From: Ignavibacteriota bacterium
GTDB lineage: Bacteria; Bacteroidota; Ignavibacteria; Palsa-1295
NCBI GenBank assembly: GCA_963787835.1
Contig: CAWBEI010000002.1
Location: 640,001-704,000 of the forward strand
Reading direction: 5' to 3'
Length of the DNA stretch: 64,000 nt
The first letter of the stretch is position 1. Every line of letters begins with the position of its first letter. The position numbers and the translations under genes are program-made. Below the pieces are notes generated by a model. That model did not search any database, had not been told where the DNA came from, and worked only from the letters and a program-made list of their open reading frames with translations. This document shows, one piece after another, positions 38,998-49,112 of this stretch.

Positions 38998-40779
38998 ATG
39001 TCAAATACCAACGGAAAAGCAACAATGAATGGGCAGGCGCCGAGGTCGGCGCCCACCTCGCAGTCTTTTGAGCAAAGCAAGGAATACCAGGAAGCGTATC
39101 TGCTCTGGAAAGCCAAAGCGGAGGCGAGTCCCGAGACCGGGATGAAGTTCACCACGCTTTCGGGGAAGGCGCTGGAGACGGTGTATGCTCCGACCGGCAA
39201 TGGGGCGGACCCTTCGACAAGCTCAGGGCAGGCTCCGCGCAGCACGTCGCTACAAGATCCGAGCGCGTTCATTGAAAATATTGGTTTTCCGGGGCAGTTC
39301 CCATACACAAGGGGAATCCATCCGAATGGTTACCGTGGAAAGATCTGGACGATGCGGCAGTTCGCGGGATTCGGCACGCCGGAAGATACGAACGAGCGGT
39401 TCAAATATCTGCTTGCGCATGGGCAGACGGGGCTTTCCACCGCATTCGATCTGCCGACGCTCATGGGCCGCGATGCCGATGACCCGTGGAGCGAAGGCGA
39501 AGTAGGCATTTGTGGCGTAGCGATCAGTTCGCTCAAAGATATGGAGACGCTTTTTTCCGGCATCCCGCTGGATAAAGTTTCCACTTCGATGACGATCAAT
39601 TCGCCCGCGGCGATGATCTTTGCATACTACTTATGCGTGGCGGAACAGCAGGGCGTCCCCTTCAACAAACTGCGCGGAACGTTGCAGAACGATATTCTGA
39701 AAGAGTATATCGCACAAAAGGAGTTTATTTATCCGCCGGAACCATCGATGCGTATCATCACGGATATGATCGAGTTCTGCACGGCGGAAGTTCCGCAGTG
39801 GAATCCTGTTTCGGTGTCGGGCTATCATATTCGCGAGGCCGGCTCGACGGCTGCGCAGGAACTGGCTTTCACGCTCGCCGATGGCTTTTGCTATGTCGAG
39901 CATTGTATCGCGCGCGGGATGGATGTGGATGAATTTGCGCCTAGGCTATCGTTCTTTTTCAATTCGCATATCGACTTTTTCGAGGAGATCGCGAAGCTGC
40001 GGGCTGCGCGTAGAATTTGGGCCAGACGTTTGAAGGAGAAGTATGGAGCGAAGAGCGCGAAATCGCTTTCGCTACGGTTCCATACGCAGACAGCGGGATG
40101 TTCACTGACTGCTCAGCAGCCGGAGAACAATATCGTCCGCACGGCTTATGAAGCATTGGCCGGAGTGCTGGGCGGTACGCAATCGCTGCATACCAATTCG
40201 ATGGATGAAACGCTGGCGCTGCCAAGCGAGAAAGCAGTCAAGATCGCGCTGAGGACGCAGCAGATCCTGGCATACGAAACAGGCGTTATCAATACGGTCG
40301 ATCCGCTCGGAGGCTCATATTTTATCGAGTCAGAAACAGATCGTCTTGAACGCGAAGCCAATGCCTACTTCGATCAGATCGATGCACTAGGCGGCGTGAT
40401 ACCAGCGATCGAAGCGGGATTTTTCCAGCGAGAAATTGCGGACGCGGCGTACCGCTACCAGATCGAGCTCGATAAGAAAGAGAAGTTCATCGTTGGCGTG
40501 AACGAGTTCATTGAAAAAGATGAGAAGATCGATATTCCGATCCTGCAAATTTCGTCGGAAGTAGAACGATCTCAGAAACAGAAACTTGCAGAAGTGAAAG
40601 CGAACCGTTCCCAAACAGCGGTGGATGAATCCATCGAGGATATTCGCGCTGCCGGGTTCGGGCATACGAATCTGATGCCGCTCTTCATCAAGGCGGCACG
40701 GAACTATGTGACGCTCGGCGAAATGGTGAATACGCTGAAAGTTCCGTTTGGGGAGTATCAGGAATCGGTGGTATTTTAG
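38998..40779 (+). CDS. Methylmalonyl-CoA mutase, substrate-binding subunit (split type, no B12-binding domain)
   Basis: [31 protein letters not shown] and [10 protein letters not shown]; no DxHxxG domain. Confidence 0.93.
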   Translation: MSNTNGKATMNGQAPRSAPTSQSFEQSKEYQEAYLLWKAKAEASPETGMKFTTLSGKALETVYAPTGNGADPSTSSGQAPRSTSLQDPSAFIENIGFPGQFPYTRGIHPNGYRGKIWTMRQFAGFGTPEDTNERFKYLLAHGQTGLSTAFDLPTLMGRDADDPWSEGEVGICGVAISSLKDMETLFSGIPLDKVSTSMTINSPAAMIFAYYLCVAEQQGVPFNKLRGTLQNDILKEYIAQKEFIYPPEPSMRIITDMIEFCTAEVPQWNPVSVSGYHIREAGSTAAQELAFTLADGFCYVEHCIARGMDVDEFAPRLSFFFNSHIDFFEEIAKLRAARRIWARRLKEKYGAKSAKSLSLRFHTQTAGCSLTAQQPENNIVRTAYEALAGVLGGTQSLHTNSMDETLALPSEKAVKIALRTQQILAYETGVINTVDPLGGSYFIESETDRLEREANAYFDQIDALGGVIPAIEAGFFQREIADAAYRYQIELDKKEKFIVGVNEFIEKDEKIDIPILQISSEVERSQKQKLAEVKANRSQTAVDESIEDIRAAGFGHTNLMPLFIKAARNYVTLGEMVNTLKVPFGEYQESVVF

Positions 40780-40782
40780 AAG

Positions 40783-42429
40783 GTGGAAACTGAAAAGCCG
40801 CCTTTTCGCCTTCCACGATCGCTCGAAATTCTGCTGGGAGTAGTCGTCATTCTTGAACTGATCGCTCCGTTCGTCACCACGACGTACGGAGTGGATGGCG
40901 GACTTCACCTTAATTGGATCCATCAGTTTACGGACCTGATTTCGGAGGGAGTCTTGCTTCCGCGATGGGCCCCGACCGGTTTTTATGGCTTCGGCGCCGC
41001 AACGTTTTACTTTTACCCGCCGGTAACCTTTTATATTGCCTCCCTTTTTCGGATGGCAACAGGGATAACGGATCCTGCTGTTCTTTATCAATTGACCGGC
41101 CTCGCTGCTACGATAGGGAGTTTTGTAACTGCCCGAGTATTGCTTCGCTCGATCGGAACGGCAAACTATCAAAGGAATCTTGGGGCATTGCTCTATGCAT
41201 TCGCTCCATTCCGGATGGCAGAACTTTATTCCCGCTCTTCGCTTTCGACCTGCGTGGCCTATGCCATACTCCCACTTGTTTGGCTCGGAGTGATCGAAGT
41301 GATACGAACCGATCAGCAAGGAGGCATTCGCCCGATTGTTTTATTAGCATTTTGTAGCGCCCTGCTGGTTCTTACCAATATCCCACTGACCTCTGTTACG
41401 CTCATCTGCATGGCGATCGCTGCATTCCGGTATTGGAAACTATTATCATTTCGAAGCATCCGCGATCTGATCGTTGCTGCGATGATCACGATCGGATTAG
41501 TGGCATTTCATCTCACTTCCGTGATTGCCGCTCGCCCGTTCACGCGATTGGAAGACCTGAAGCCGATCAAATTGGAATTTCTTCTTACCGACCTGTTACA
41601 CGGAGTTTCTATCCCCGCTGGTTATCATGTGCTTCTTTTATATATTGCTGTTGCAATTGTTGGATTTGGGTATTGGAGATCGCAGCGCTCGGGAACATCA
41701 CTGACCGGAACGGAGAATAAGATACTCAAGATCGGACTGCCGATCGTGATAGTAACAATGTTTGTGGAAATACCACGGATCAGTCTTTTCGTTTGGGAAT
41801 TAATTCCACCATTTCCTCTGATTCAATTTGGTTGGCGCTTTTACGCGTATTTTATTTTCCTTGGAGCGCTCCTCATAGGAGCAGCAAATTCCCCGAAGAT
41901 GAAAACAGCGGCAAGGTATATCTCGATGCTTTGGATCGTTGGAGCAATAGGGCCTGCCTTGCTTCTCGTCTTAAATCTTCACGCATTTCAGCATTATGTA
42001 AGGCCGACAGAAGATGCAACGGAATATCGCCCCAAAGTAACCGTCGCCCGGACCATGCTCGCAAGTACTTTGGAACCCCATGCTCAAGATCCGCCGATAA
42101 TCGGAAATCTCGACGCGCGCGATAAAATCGAACTGATCAATACCAGCCCGATCAATCAGAAATTCAATGTGGATATTATGATGCCGCAATCCGTAACATT
42201 CCATCGGTTCGATTGGCCCTATTGGCATTTGTACTGCGATGGGAAAAAGATAAGTACTCTTCCCGACAGCATCGGCCGCGCAACCGTCGAACTGCCGCCC
42301 GGTCACTACATCGCTGAATGGAAATTAGAACGCGCTCCGATAGAGACGGCGGGTCTTTGGATATCCAGCCTTACATTTGTAGGGATTTTGTGCGGAATCG
42401 TCGGCAACCTTCTTTTACATCGAAAATGA
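40783..42429 (+). CDS. GT-C-like membrane protein (PTPS-related/YfhO type)
   Basis: DGGLH, PRW..GFGAATFYFYPP, LYAFAPF and IQFGWRF; multiple TM helices. Confidence 0.75.
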   Translation: METEKPPFRLPRSLEILLGVVVILELIAPFVTTTYGVDGGLHLNWIHQFTDLISEGVLLPRWAPTGFYGFGAATFYFYPPVTFYIASLFRMATGITDPAVLYQLTGLAATIGSFVTARVLLRSIGTANYQRNLGALLYAFAPFRMAELYSRSSLSTCVAYAILPLVWLGVIEVIRTDQQGGIRPIVLLAFCSALLVLTNIPLTSVTLICMAIAAFRYWKLLSFRSIRDLIVAAMITIGLVAFHLTSVIAARPFTRLEDLKPIKLEFLLTDLLHGVSIPAGYHVLLLYIAVAIVGFGYWRSQRSGTSLTGTENKILKIGLPIVIVTMFVEIPRISLFVWELIPPFPLIQFGWRFYAYFIFLGALLIGAANSPKMKTAARYISMLWIVGAIGPALLLVLNLHAFQHYVRPTEDATEYRPKVTVARTMLASTLEPHAQDPPIIGNLDARDKIELINTSPINQKFNVDIMMPQSVTFHRFDWPYWHLYCDGKKISTLPDSIGRATVELPPGHYIAEWKLERAPIETAGLWISSLTFVGILCGIVGNLLLHRK

Positions 42430-44156
42430 AGATCGATGAACCCGTGAATTCTACAATGCTAACACAGACATCTGTGCAGGACGAATTATTTCGGCTGCCT
42501 CGCTGGCTTGAAGTGTTGATCGGGATCGTAGTTGTATTGCAACTGATCGCGCCATTTATTACATCACCCTCTGGACCGGATGGACCGATCCATGTGTATT
42601 GGATAGAAAAATACGATCAATTGCTTCGGGCTGGCGTATTCCCACCTCACTGGCTTCCACTTGCATTTCGGGGATTTGGTTCACCCACCTTTTATTACTA
42701 TCCACCATTTTCGTTCCTTTTAGCGGGAGCAATAAGCTTTGCTACTGGCACCCAAAATCCGATCATATTATTTCAGAGCGTGGTGGGAATCTCAACAGCG
42801 CTCAGCCTATTCGGGATGTGGAAACTTCTGGAGCGACTCGGAGCATCTCGATATTGGATGTGGATAGGTGCATTGCTCTACACGTTCGCACCTTACCGGG
42901 TCGCCGAGATCTACAGCCGATCCTCACTCTCCTCGATAGTTGGATATGGATGGCTGCCCTTTGTTTGTCTTGGTCTTCTTTGGATTGGCAGCCAGCGGAA
43001 AGATGAGCAACTCCGGGGCGTTGCCCTCTCTTCACTCTCGATGGCCCTTGTAGTTCTAAGCAGCCTTCCGCTTGCAATGGTCATTGCCATCGCAGGGCTT
43101 CTCGTAAGCATTCTTGCACGCAAATATATCTCTGCACGCATGATCCTTCTTTCGTTCACTGCGGCACTATTAGCTTTTGCTGCAGATGCATTCTTCTTAT
43201 TTCCGATGGCGGAATTTAATAAGGCCATTCATCTCTCGAATGCCACCGGCGACCCTGAATTTGCCTTGCTGGATCTATTTCGTGGAATCGCAATGCCAGG
43301 AGTGTATCATACTGCTATTATTTATACAGGTATTTTATTGATCGGAATCGCTCATTGGACCGTCGGACGGAAATTAACCGAAAGAAATTTGACGAAAAGT
43401 TTGACGTTGCGGCTTGCCTGGGGAGTTTCGATCCTCATTTTATTGATAGACCTTCCGATCAGTCTCCCGATATGGCGTCACGTTCCTATTTTTACACTTA
43501 TACAAGGTCCATGGCGATTCTATATTTTCGTGGTACTTTTTTTTGCAGTTATTGTCGGACTTTTTCCGAACACTAAACTGCAGCGACCAATCATTGCTAC
43601 AATCTCGATCTGGATGATAGGGGCTCTGATTCCAATGTTGCTCGTGACCACGAATTCCCGTCTATATTTTCATCAAAATACCATAGCTGTCGATCCTGCG
43701 GGATTTCTTCCATCCGGAGCCACGGATTCCGTATTTGCGTCCAATACGCCAGAGCGATTTCTTCCGGTTTTGGAACACTTATCTGCTCAGCCTTGCTTCA
43801 TCGACTCGCCAGAGTTGACGGCGCAAGAATATTGTACCAGAACTTCATTCGGGCCAACGACGGAAACATATAACATGTTATTACTCACGGCACACATCGC
43901 TACATTTCATCGATTTCAATGGCCAGCCTGGCATCTTTTTGTCAATAACAATGAGATCCTTTCAAGACCAGATAGCTTTGGACGTGCCCAGGCGACACTA
44001 CCGGAAGGACATTATACGCTCAAGTGGCAATTGGAGAAGACGCCGCTCGAAATCTCAGGACTTTGGATTTCGGGCATAGCTTGGATTGGACTTATCCTAA
44101 TGTGGGGAATAGGTCTCGGCTTCAGAAGGTTTAAGAAGGAACCACCAGTATCATAG
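42426..44156 (+). CDS. GT-C-like membrane protein (PTPS-related/YfhO type), tandem paralog
   Basis: DGPIH, PHW..GFGSPTFYYYPP, LYTFAPY and IQGPWRF; colinear with the upstream gene; ATGA overlap. Confidence 0.75.
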   Translation: MKIDEPVNSTMLTQTSVQDELFRLPRWLEVLIGIVVVLQLIAPFITSPSGPDGPIHVYWIEKYDQLLRAGVFPPHWLPLAFRGFGSPTFYYYPPFSFLLAGAISFATGTQNPIILFQSVVGISTALSLFGMWKLLERLGASRYWMWIGALLYTFAPYRVAEIYSRSSLSSIVGYGWLPFVCLGLLWIGSQRKDEQLRGVALSSLSMALVVLSSLPLAMVIAIAGLLVSILARKYISARMILLSFTAALLAFAADAFFLFPMAEFNKAIHLSNATGDPEFALLDLFRGIAMPGVYHTAIIYTGILLIGIAHWTVGRKLTERNLTKSLTLRLAWGVSILILLIDLPISLPIWRHVPIFTLIQGPWRFYIFVVLFFAVIVGLFPNTKLQRPIIATISIWMIGALIPMLLVTTNSRLYFHQNTIAVDPAGFLPSGATDSVFASNTPERFLPVLEHLSAQPCFIDSPELTAQEYCTRTSFGPTTETYNMLLLTAHIATFHRFQWPAWHLFVNNNEILSRPDSFGRAQATLPEGHYTLKWQLEKTPLEISGLWISGIAWIGLILMWGIGLGFRRFKKEPPVS

Positions 44157-44157
44157 C

Positions 44158-45054
44158 GTGATATCTTTTAAAGCCATTCTTCGCCTTCTTCGGATCAAGC
44201 AATGGACGAAAAATATTTTCGTCTTTGCTGCACTTGTGTTTTCGAAACAGCTTTTAAATCCAGCATCCGTTCTTCTTTCGTTGCGTGCATTTTTTACATT
44301 CAGTTTTGCTGCAAGCTTTATTTATGTGTTGAACGATGTTGCGGACCGTGAGCGCGATCGCCTCCATCCCAAGAAACGCTTTCGGCCTATTGCGTCTGGC
44401 GAGATCTCGCTTCGTTCCGCCTTCGTTATTGCCACAATATTGCTCGCGCTGATCGCTCTGTTCATCTATGGTCTCGATTGGCGTTTTGTGATGTGTATCG
44501 TCGCATATCTTGTGATGAATCTCGCCTATAGCTTTTATTTGAAAGATGTCGTTCTCATCGATGTTTTTGTTATTGCGATCGGATTCATGCTTCGCGTTAT
44601 TGGCGGAGCATTAGTTTTGAATGTTGCACGTAGTTCGTGGCTCATTCTCACCACGATGTTCCTCTCGTTGTTCTTAGGAATAGCTAAACGTCGTGGCGAG
44701 CTGATCGCTCTTGGCACTTCCTCCGCTGCTGGAGCGACAGGCTATCATACGCGTAAAGTTCTTGCAGAATATTCGGTCGAGTTTACCGAACAAATGACGA
44801 CCATCTGTGCAGCAGGATTTGTTTTTAGTTACGCTCTTTACACCGTGTCGGATAGAACGGTTAACATGTTCGGAACGGAGAACCTTATTTTCACCACGCC
44901 TTTCGTTCTTTATGGGGTATTCCGCTATCTGTATTTGCTCCACAAAAAATTGCTTGGCGAAAGTCCGACAGATGTGGTGCTCTCCGACATACCGATGCTT
45001 CTCAATTTCGTGGCCTACGCCATCGCCATGATTACCATCATTTATTTTCGATGA
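44158..45054 (+). CDS. Polyprenyl-phosphate phosphoribosyltransferase (UbiA family, DPPR-synthase type)
   Basis: RIKQWTKN, YVLNDVADRERDRLHPKKRFRPIASG, KRRGEL and GESPTD. Confidence 0.85.
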   Translation: MISFKAILRLLRIKQWTKNIFVFAALVFSKQLLNPASVLLSLRAFFTFSFAASFIYVLNDVADRERDRLHPKKRFRPIASGEISLRSAFVIATILLALIALFIYGLDWRFVMCIVAYLVMNLAYSFYLKDVVLIDVFVIAIGFMLRVIGGALVLNVARSSWLILTTMFLSLFLGIAKRRGELIALGTSSAAGATGYHTRKVLAEYSVEFTEQMTTICAAGFVFSYALYTVSDRTVNMFGTENLIFTTPFVLYGVFRYLYLLHKKLLGESPTDVVLSDIPMLLNFVAYAIAMITIIYFR

Positions 45055-46583
45055 TGGCATCTTCTCCTGCCAGCCTTTTCTACAAAAGAATCGGGCAATA
45101 TCGTGTTGAGTTATTGCTGGTCCTCGCAGGAATACTCGCGATGATAGCTTTCGCAATAGTGCCGCGACTGTTGCTTGGCGATAGCTCATCCACTAATCTC
45201 CATCTTCTCGGGGTTCCGTTGGACGATGTTTATATTCACACGACGTTCGCACGTAATCTTTTACATGGGTTTGGATACTCGTTTCAATCTGCTCAAATAG
45301 TAACGGCGGACACGTCTCCGCTGTGGGTTATCATAATAGCCTTTCTGGGCCTCTTTACCTCAAGACTTGAACTCATAGCGATCTTATGTTCCATGCTCGC
45401 CTATCTCTTGCTTGGCCCTGGAATATACAGGGTAGCAAGGAATCTATTCGGAGTGTCGGAGACTAACGCACGCTTGGCTGGAATCGCAACCGTGTTTTCC
45501 GCGCGCCTTGCATGGAGTGGAATGAGCGGTATGGAAACAGCGCTTGCCAGTCTCCTGATGCTCCTTGTAATAGAAGAGCATATTCGTTCACGGAAAAGAA
45601 ATTGCCTCCGTCCGAGGGAAGGAATCCTGTTGGGATTTGCGCTTATGGTCAGACCGGAGTTTATGTTTGTTGCAATCGTTCTTGTAACAGACTGGCTGAT
45701 CTCTGCATTTCGGGATCGAGCAAATATCTCTGTTGCACCGATTTCGATCCTACTTGCCGCTGTGATTGCTTCTCCAATATTCCTGTTGCCACTTATTACA
45801 CGAAACAATCTTGTTTCTCATTCAAGCATTGTACAAGGCGCGAGCATTTCTATAGTTCCAAATTTTGCCTATCTTTGGTTTGCAGTTAAGATATTAGCAA
45901 GTAACAATATATCTTTGTTCGCTCTTCTTCTATCGGCGTTATGGGTTTTGCGCTATAAGCCTGAATATTATATACCTGTCGTCATTGCGATCGGGTTACC
46001 AGTACTTCAATCTTTTATTGCTCCGCAATTTCGACATCATGGTCGGTACTTCTTTCCAGTATTTCCACTCCTCATTTTATGTGCTATTGGAGCATGGCAG
46101 GAAATAGAAAAGCGAATGCTCCCCAAGAATATGGTTAGGATCGGGATTTTTGTAATGGTTATTCTTGCCGGACTTATCGAGACTGGGCGTTGGTCCATGA
46201 TTGAAGCTGAATCCGTTCGCAATATTAACGATCAGCACCTTACTGCCGTCGCATGGCTCCGTCAAAACATGCGGCCAAGTGATACCTTAGCCGTGGACGA
46301 CGTTGGTGCTATTGGTTATTTTTTGAATAAGCCCGTTATAGATCTCACCGGGTTGATGACCCCTTCTCTTTGGCCTCTCCAACACGATCAGGATTCGGTA
46401 TGGCACTCTGCTCGAAGTATGGGAGCAAATCTATTTGTAATCTATCGTAGGCTTAACCCTCCATTTTACGAACATCATAAGGATTCACTTCTTCTTCTTC
46501 AGGAATTTCGAGTTCGTCTTCCTCTTGCTTCATCCGCAGATACTGTAATGAGCATTTATCGGGTCAAGGAGGTTCGGCCATGA
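45051..46583 (+). CDS. GT-C-like membrane glycosyltransferase
   Basis: LDDVYIH..FARNL..G.G, TSPLW, SGMET, RPE, RYFFP and DVGAIGY. Confidence 0.7.
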   Translation: MMASSPASLFYKRIGQYRVELLLVLAGILAMIAFAIVPRLLLGDSSSTNLHLLGVPLDDVYIHTTFARNLLHGFGYSFQSAQIVTADTSPLWVIIIAFLGLFTSRLELIAILCSMLAYLLLGPGIYRVARNLFGVSETNARLAGIATVFSARLAWSGMSGMETALASLLMLLVIEEHIRSRKRNCLRPREGILLGFALMVRPEFMFVAIVLVTDWLISAFRDRANISVAPISILLAAVIASPIFLLPLITRNNLVSHSSIVQGASISIVPNFAYLWFAVKILASNNISLFALLLSALWVLRYKPEYYIPVVIAIGLPVLQSFIAPQFRHHGRYFFPVFPLLILCAIGAWQEIEKRMLPKNMVRIGIFVMVILAGLIETGRWSMIEAESVRNINDQHLTAVAWLRQNMRPSDTLAVDDVGAIGYFLNKPVIDLTGLMTPSLWPLQHDQDSVWHSARSMGANLFVIYRRLNPPFYEHHKDSLLLLQEFRVRLPLASSADTVMSIYRVKEVRP

Positions 46584-48328
46584 CTCGCGAGAAAAATCTT
46601 CGTGCAATAACTGGAACGGCGCTTGCACTTGCGACACTTTTCACCCGCCTGTCTTTTCGCGCGAAGACTTTTTTCGAATTCGACTCGATCAACTTCGCCG
46701 TCGCCACGTTCCGGTTTGATCTGGGGCAAGTAACGCCACAAATGCCCGGGTATATTCTTCATGTTCTTTTAGGCAGACTGCTCTATTGGGTTACTGGCGA
46801 TCTCAATCTTGCATATATCTGGGTTAGCATATTACTTTCGATAGGGGCTGTGCTCTTTCTTTGGCGAGCAGCGGCGGTACTTCGCGGAGAACGTGTGGCG
46901 ATTATTGCGGCATTGTTGTGGATGACCACTCCTCTTTTTTGGTTTCACGGCGCCGTGAATGCCATCTATGCCGAGGAGGCCTTTATTACATGCTTGCTAT
47001 TATACCTCGGGTTTCGAGCAATGAAATCCAATGATGAGGGCATCCGGATCGGCAGTCCGCGGCGGCTCTCTTTCCTCTTCCGATATGCCTCCTGTTCTTT
47101 TTTTGCATATTTTATCGCACTTTCGCTTTCAGGCGCCGCTCGGCCTACGAGCCTTCTCTTTTTTTTACCGGCGACAGTTTTTGTTTTTCGTCAAAGAAAA
47201 CCTTCCCGAAGACTTACAATAGCTACTCTTACGATCTTTCTTATAGTAACTGTAATGTGGATTGCAGAGCTATTGAGAGAAGCAGGCGGATTGACAACCT
47301 ATTGGTCCTATCTTCTGACGGAGGATAATTTTAAGACACAATCGATCCTCTTTGGCAACACATGGCACAGCCAGCTTGACACCATAGAGAAAGTGGCATT
47401 CTATCTGCCTATTGCTTTTGGCGCAAGCACTTTTGCAATGGTTGCACTGCTGATATGCTTCCCTCGTCGAGTTATATCGTTCATCAGACAGCACGTTTGG
47501 AAGTCGGAAGCCAAATTTGTCGCGCTGGTGGTAATTCCCCCTCTTGTTTTTTATGCCTTCATCTTTTTTATGAAGGCCGGATATTTATTAAATGTTGTGC
47601 CTTGTGCAATACTTCTTATTGCTGTGCTTCTCGACCAATCTGCAATATGGATTGCCAAGCGAACGAAGCAAAAACCAAAGAACAAACAGAAACTCACACG
47701 CCCGATCATCACGCGGAATGCAATCGTGCTAACTTCATCGGTTGTTATATTGAATGTATTATGGTTTTTCATTCCCTGGCCTGGCACAGATCAAAAAATC
47801 TACGACAACGAAGATACTCGCAACTCTTTCATTCATGGTGCCATGCACCGCTATGAGCATTCTGAATCTCGAGTGCTAACGCTTGCGAATCGCGCTTTTG
47901 AATATACAAATGTGTCCGGCATCCGAGCTGTCGATAGCTTAAATAGTGTCACCTTAAATGCTTTGCTCTCGAACGGCGGTAACGATTCCGGGCAGGTCAT
48001 TCTTGCATCGTGGTGGTATCGGTGGTGTTATTTGTTACTTCCGTATTCGACAACATACGACCTTGAACTCAACCCCAACCATCCAGACTCCCTATGGGTT
48101 GGGCGCGCGCATGAATTTGAACGAGTGAATCTATATGATTCCGTGGTACGGTTTCATTCCCATAGTCCTGTGATTCTCCTTCTTCGCCATGATCGTCCCG
48201 ATTTCGAGGTCGTCTCACGGCAAGTTCATCTTGAACGGCTTCCTTTGCCCGAATATCTGGATATTTATAAGATCTTGGATTCCACGTTCACCATCCGGTG
48301 GAATAATCGAACATTCGTCTGCGAATAA
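46580..48328 (+). CDS. GT-C-like membrane protein (DUF2723/PMT-like)
   Basis: FDSINFA..FD...PQMPGY, TPLFW and GAARP; multiple TM helices. Confidence 0.65.
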   Translation: MTREKNLRAITGTALALATLFTRLSFRAKTFFEFDSINFAVATFRFDLGQVTPQMPGYILHVLLGRLLYWVTGDLNLAYIWVSILLSIGAVLFLWRAAAVLRGERVAIIAALLWMTTPLFWFHGAVNAIYAEEAFITCLLLYLGFRAMKSNDEGIRIGSPRRLSFLFRYASCSFFAYFIALSLSGAARPTSLLFFLPATVFVFRQRKPSRRLTIATLTIFLIVTVMWIAELLREAGGLTTYWSYLLTEDNFKTQSILFGNTWHSQLDTIEKVAFYLPIAFGASTFAMVALLICFPRRVISFIRQHVWKSEAKFVALVVIPPLVFYAFIFFMKAGYLLNVVPCAILLIAVLLDQSAIWIAKRTKQKPKNKQKLTRPIITRNAIVLTSSVVILNVLWFFIPWPGTDQKIYDNEDTRNSFIHGAMHRYEHSESRVLTLANRAFEYTNVSGIRAVDSLNSVTLNALLSNGGNDSGQVILASWWYRWCYLLLPYSTTYDLELNPNHPDSLWVGRAHEFERVNLYDSVVRFHSHSPVILLLRHDRPDFEVVSRQVHLERLPLPEYLDIYKILDSTFTIRWNNRTFVCE

Positions 48329-48450
48329 AGCTATGCTTTCTTATTGAAGGCCTCATTTTGAGCAGTTAATCGTTGAAACAATTATTGTTATGCCGCGTAA
48401 ATAGTCGTTGTAACAAATTTTATGTTTCTTTTTTTAAGGAGAATTGATTT

Positions 48451-49050
48451 ATGAACTCAAATACAGACGTTTTAGAGGCTCCGGTTCAGGAGCTTGCTCT
48501 TGAAGAAAAGTCAACCAATCAGGTTGCACCCACGTGGAATCTCGATCTGTCGCATTCTCATGCCGGATTCAGCGTCCGCCATTTGATGATTTCTAACGTG
48601 CGTGGCGAATTCCGTCAATTTGCCGGAACCCTCCAATATGACTCGGCAAATGTCGAAAATAGCGCGGTATCCGTAACCATACAGGCGGCCTCGATCGAAA
48701 CGCGTGATGCAAACCGCGATGGACACCTGAGGAGCGCGGACTTTTTCGAAACCGAAAAATATCCCGAGATCACGTTCAACTCGACTGCATGGCAGCACAA
48801 GAATGACGATGAATTGCTCATTAAGGGTGATCTTACGATCCATGGTGCGACGCGCGAAGTAGTGCTTACGGCAGAGCCAACGCCAGAGATGAAAGATCCC
48901 TGGGGCGGAACACGCGTTGGATTCACTGCCAAGACGAAGATCAACCGCAAGGATTTCGGTCTCCACTATAATTCCGCACTCGAAGCCGGCGGGGTGGTTG
49001 TCGGAGAAGAAGTCACGATCACGCTTGAAGCGGAATTCGTGAAAGCCTAA
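48451..49050 (+). CDS. yceI: YceI-family polyisoprenoid-binding protein
   Basis: WNLDLSHS, FSVRHLMISNVRGEF, RDGHLRSADFF and INRKDFG; AAGGAG RBS. Confidence 0.92.
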   Translation: MNSNTDVLEAPVQELALEEKSTNQVAPTWNLDLSHSHAGFSVRHLMISNVRGEFRQFAGTLQYDSANVENSAVSVTIQAASIETRDANRDGHLRSADFFETEKYPEITFNSTAWQHKNDDELLIKGDLTIHGATREVVLTAEPTPEMKDPWGGTRVGFTAKTKINRKDFGLHYNSALEAGGVVVGEEVTITLEAEFVKA

Positions 49051-49112
49051 CTACGAATTACAAGATTTTGCGGATTATGAGGATCGATATTTGATCTTTG
49101 TAATCCGCAATT

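Noticed and set aside
40783-44156. Link between the PTPS-related genes and queD/pterin metabolism
   Set aside because: The family name is historical; the proteins are polytopic GT-C-like and lack PTPS motifs.
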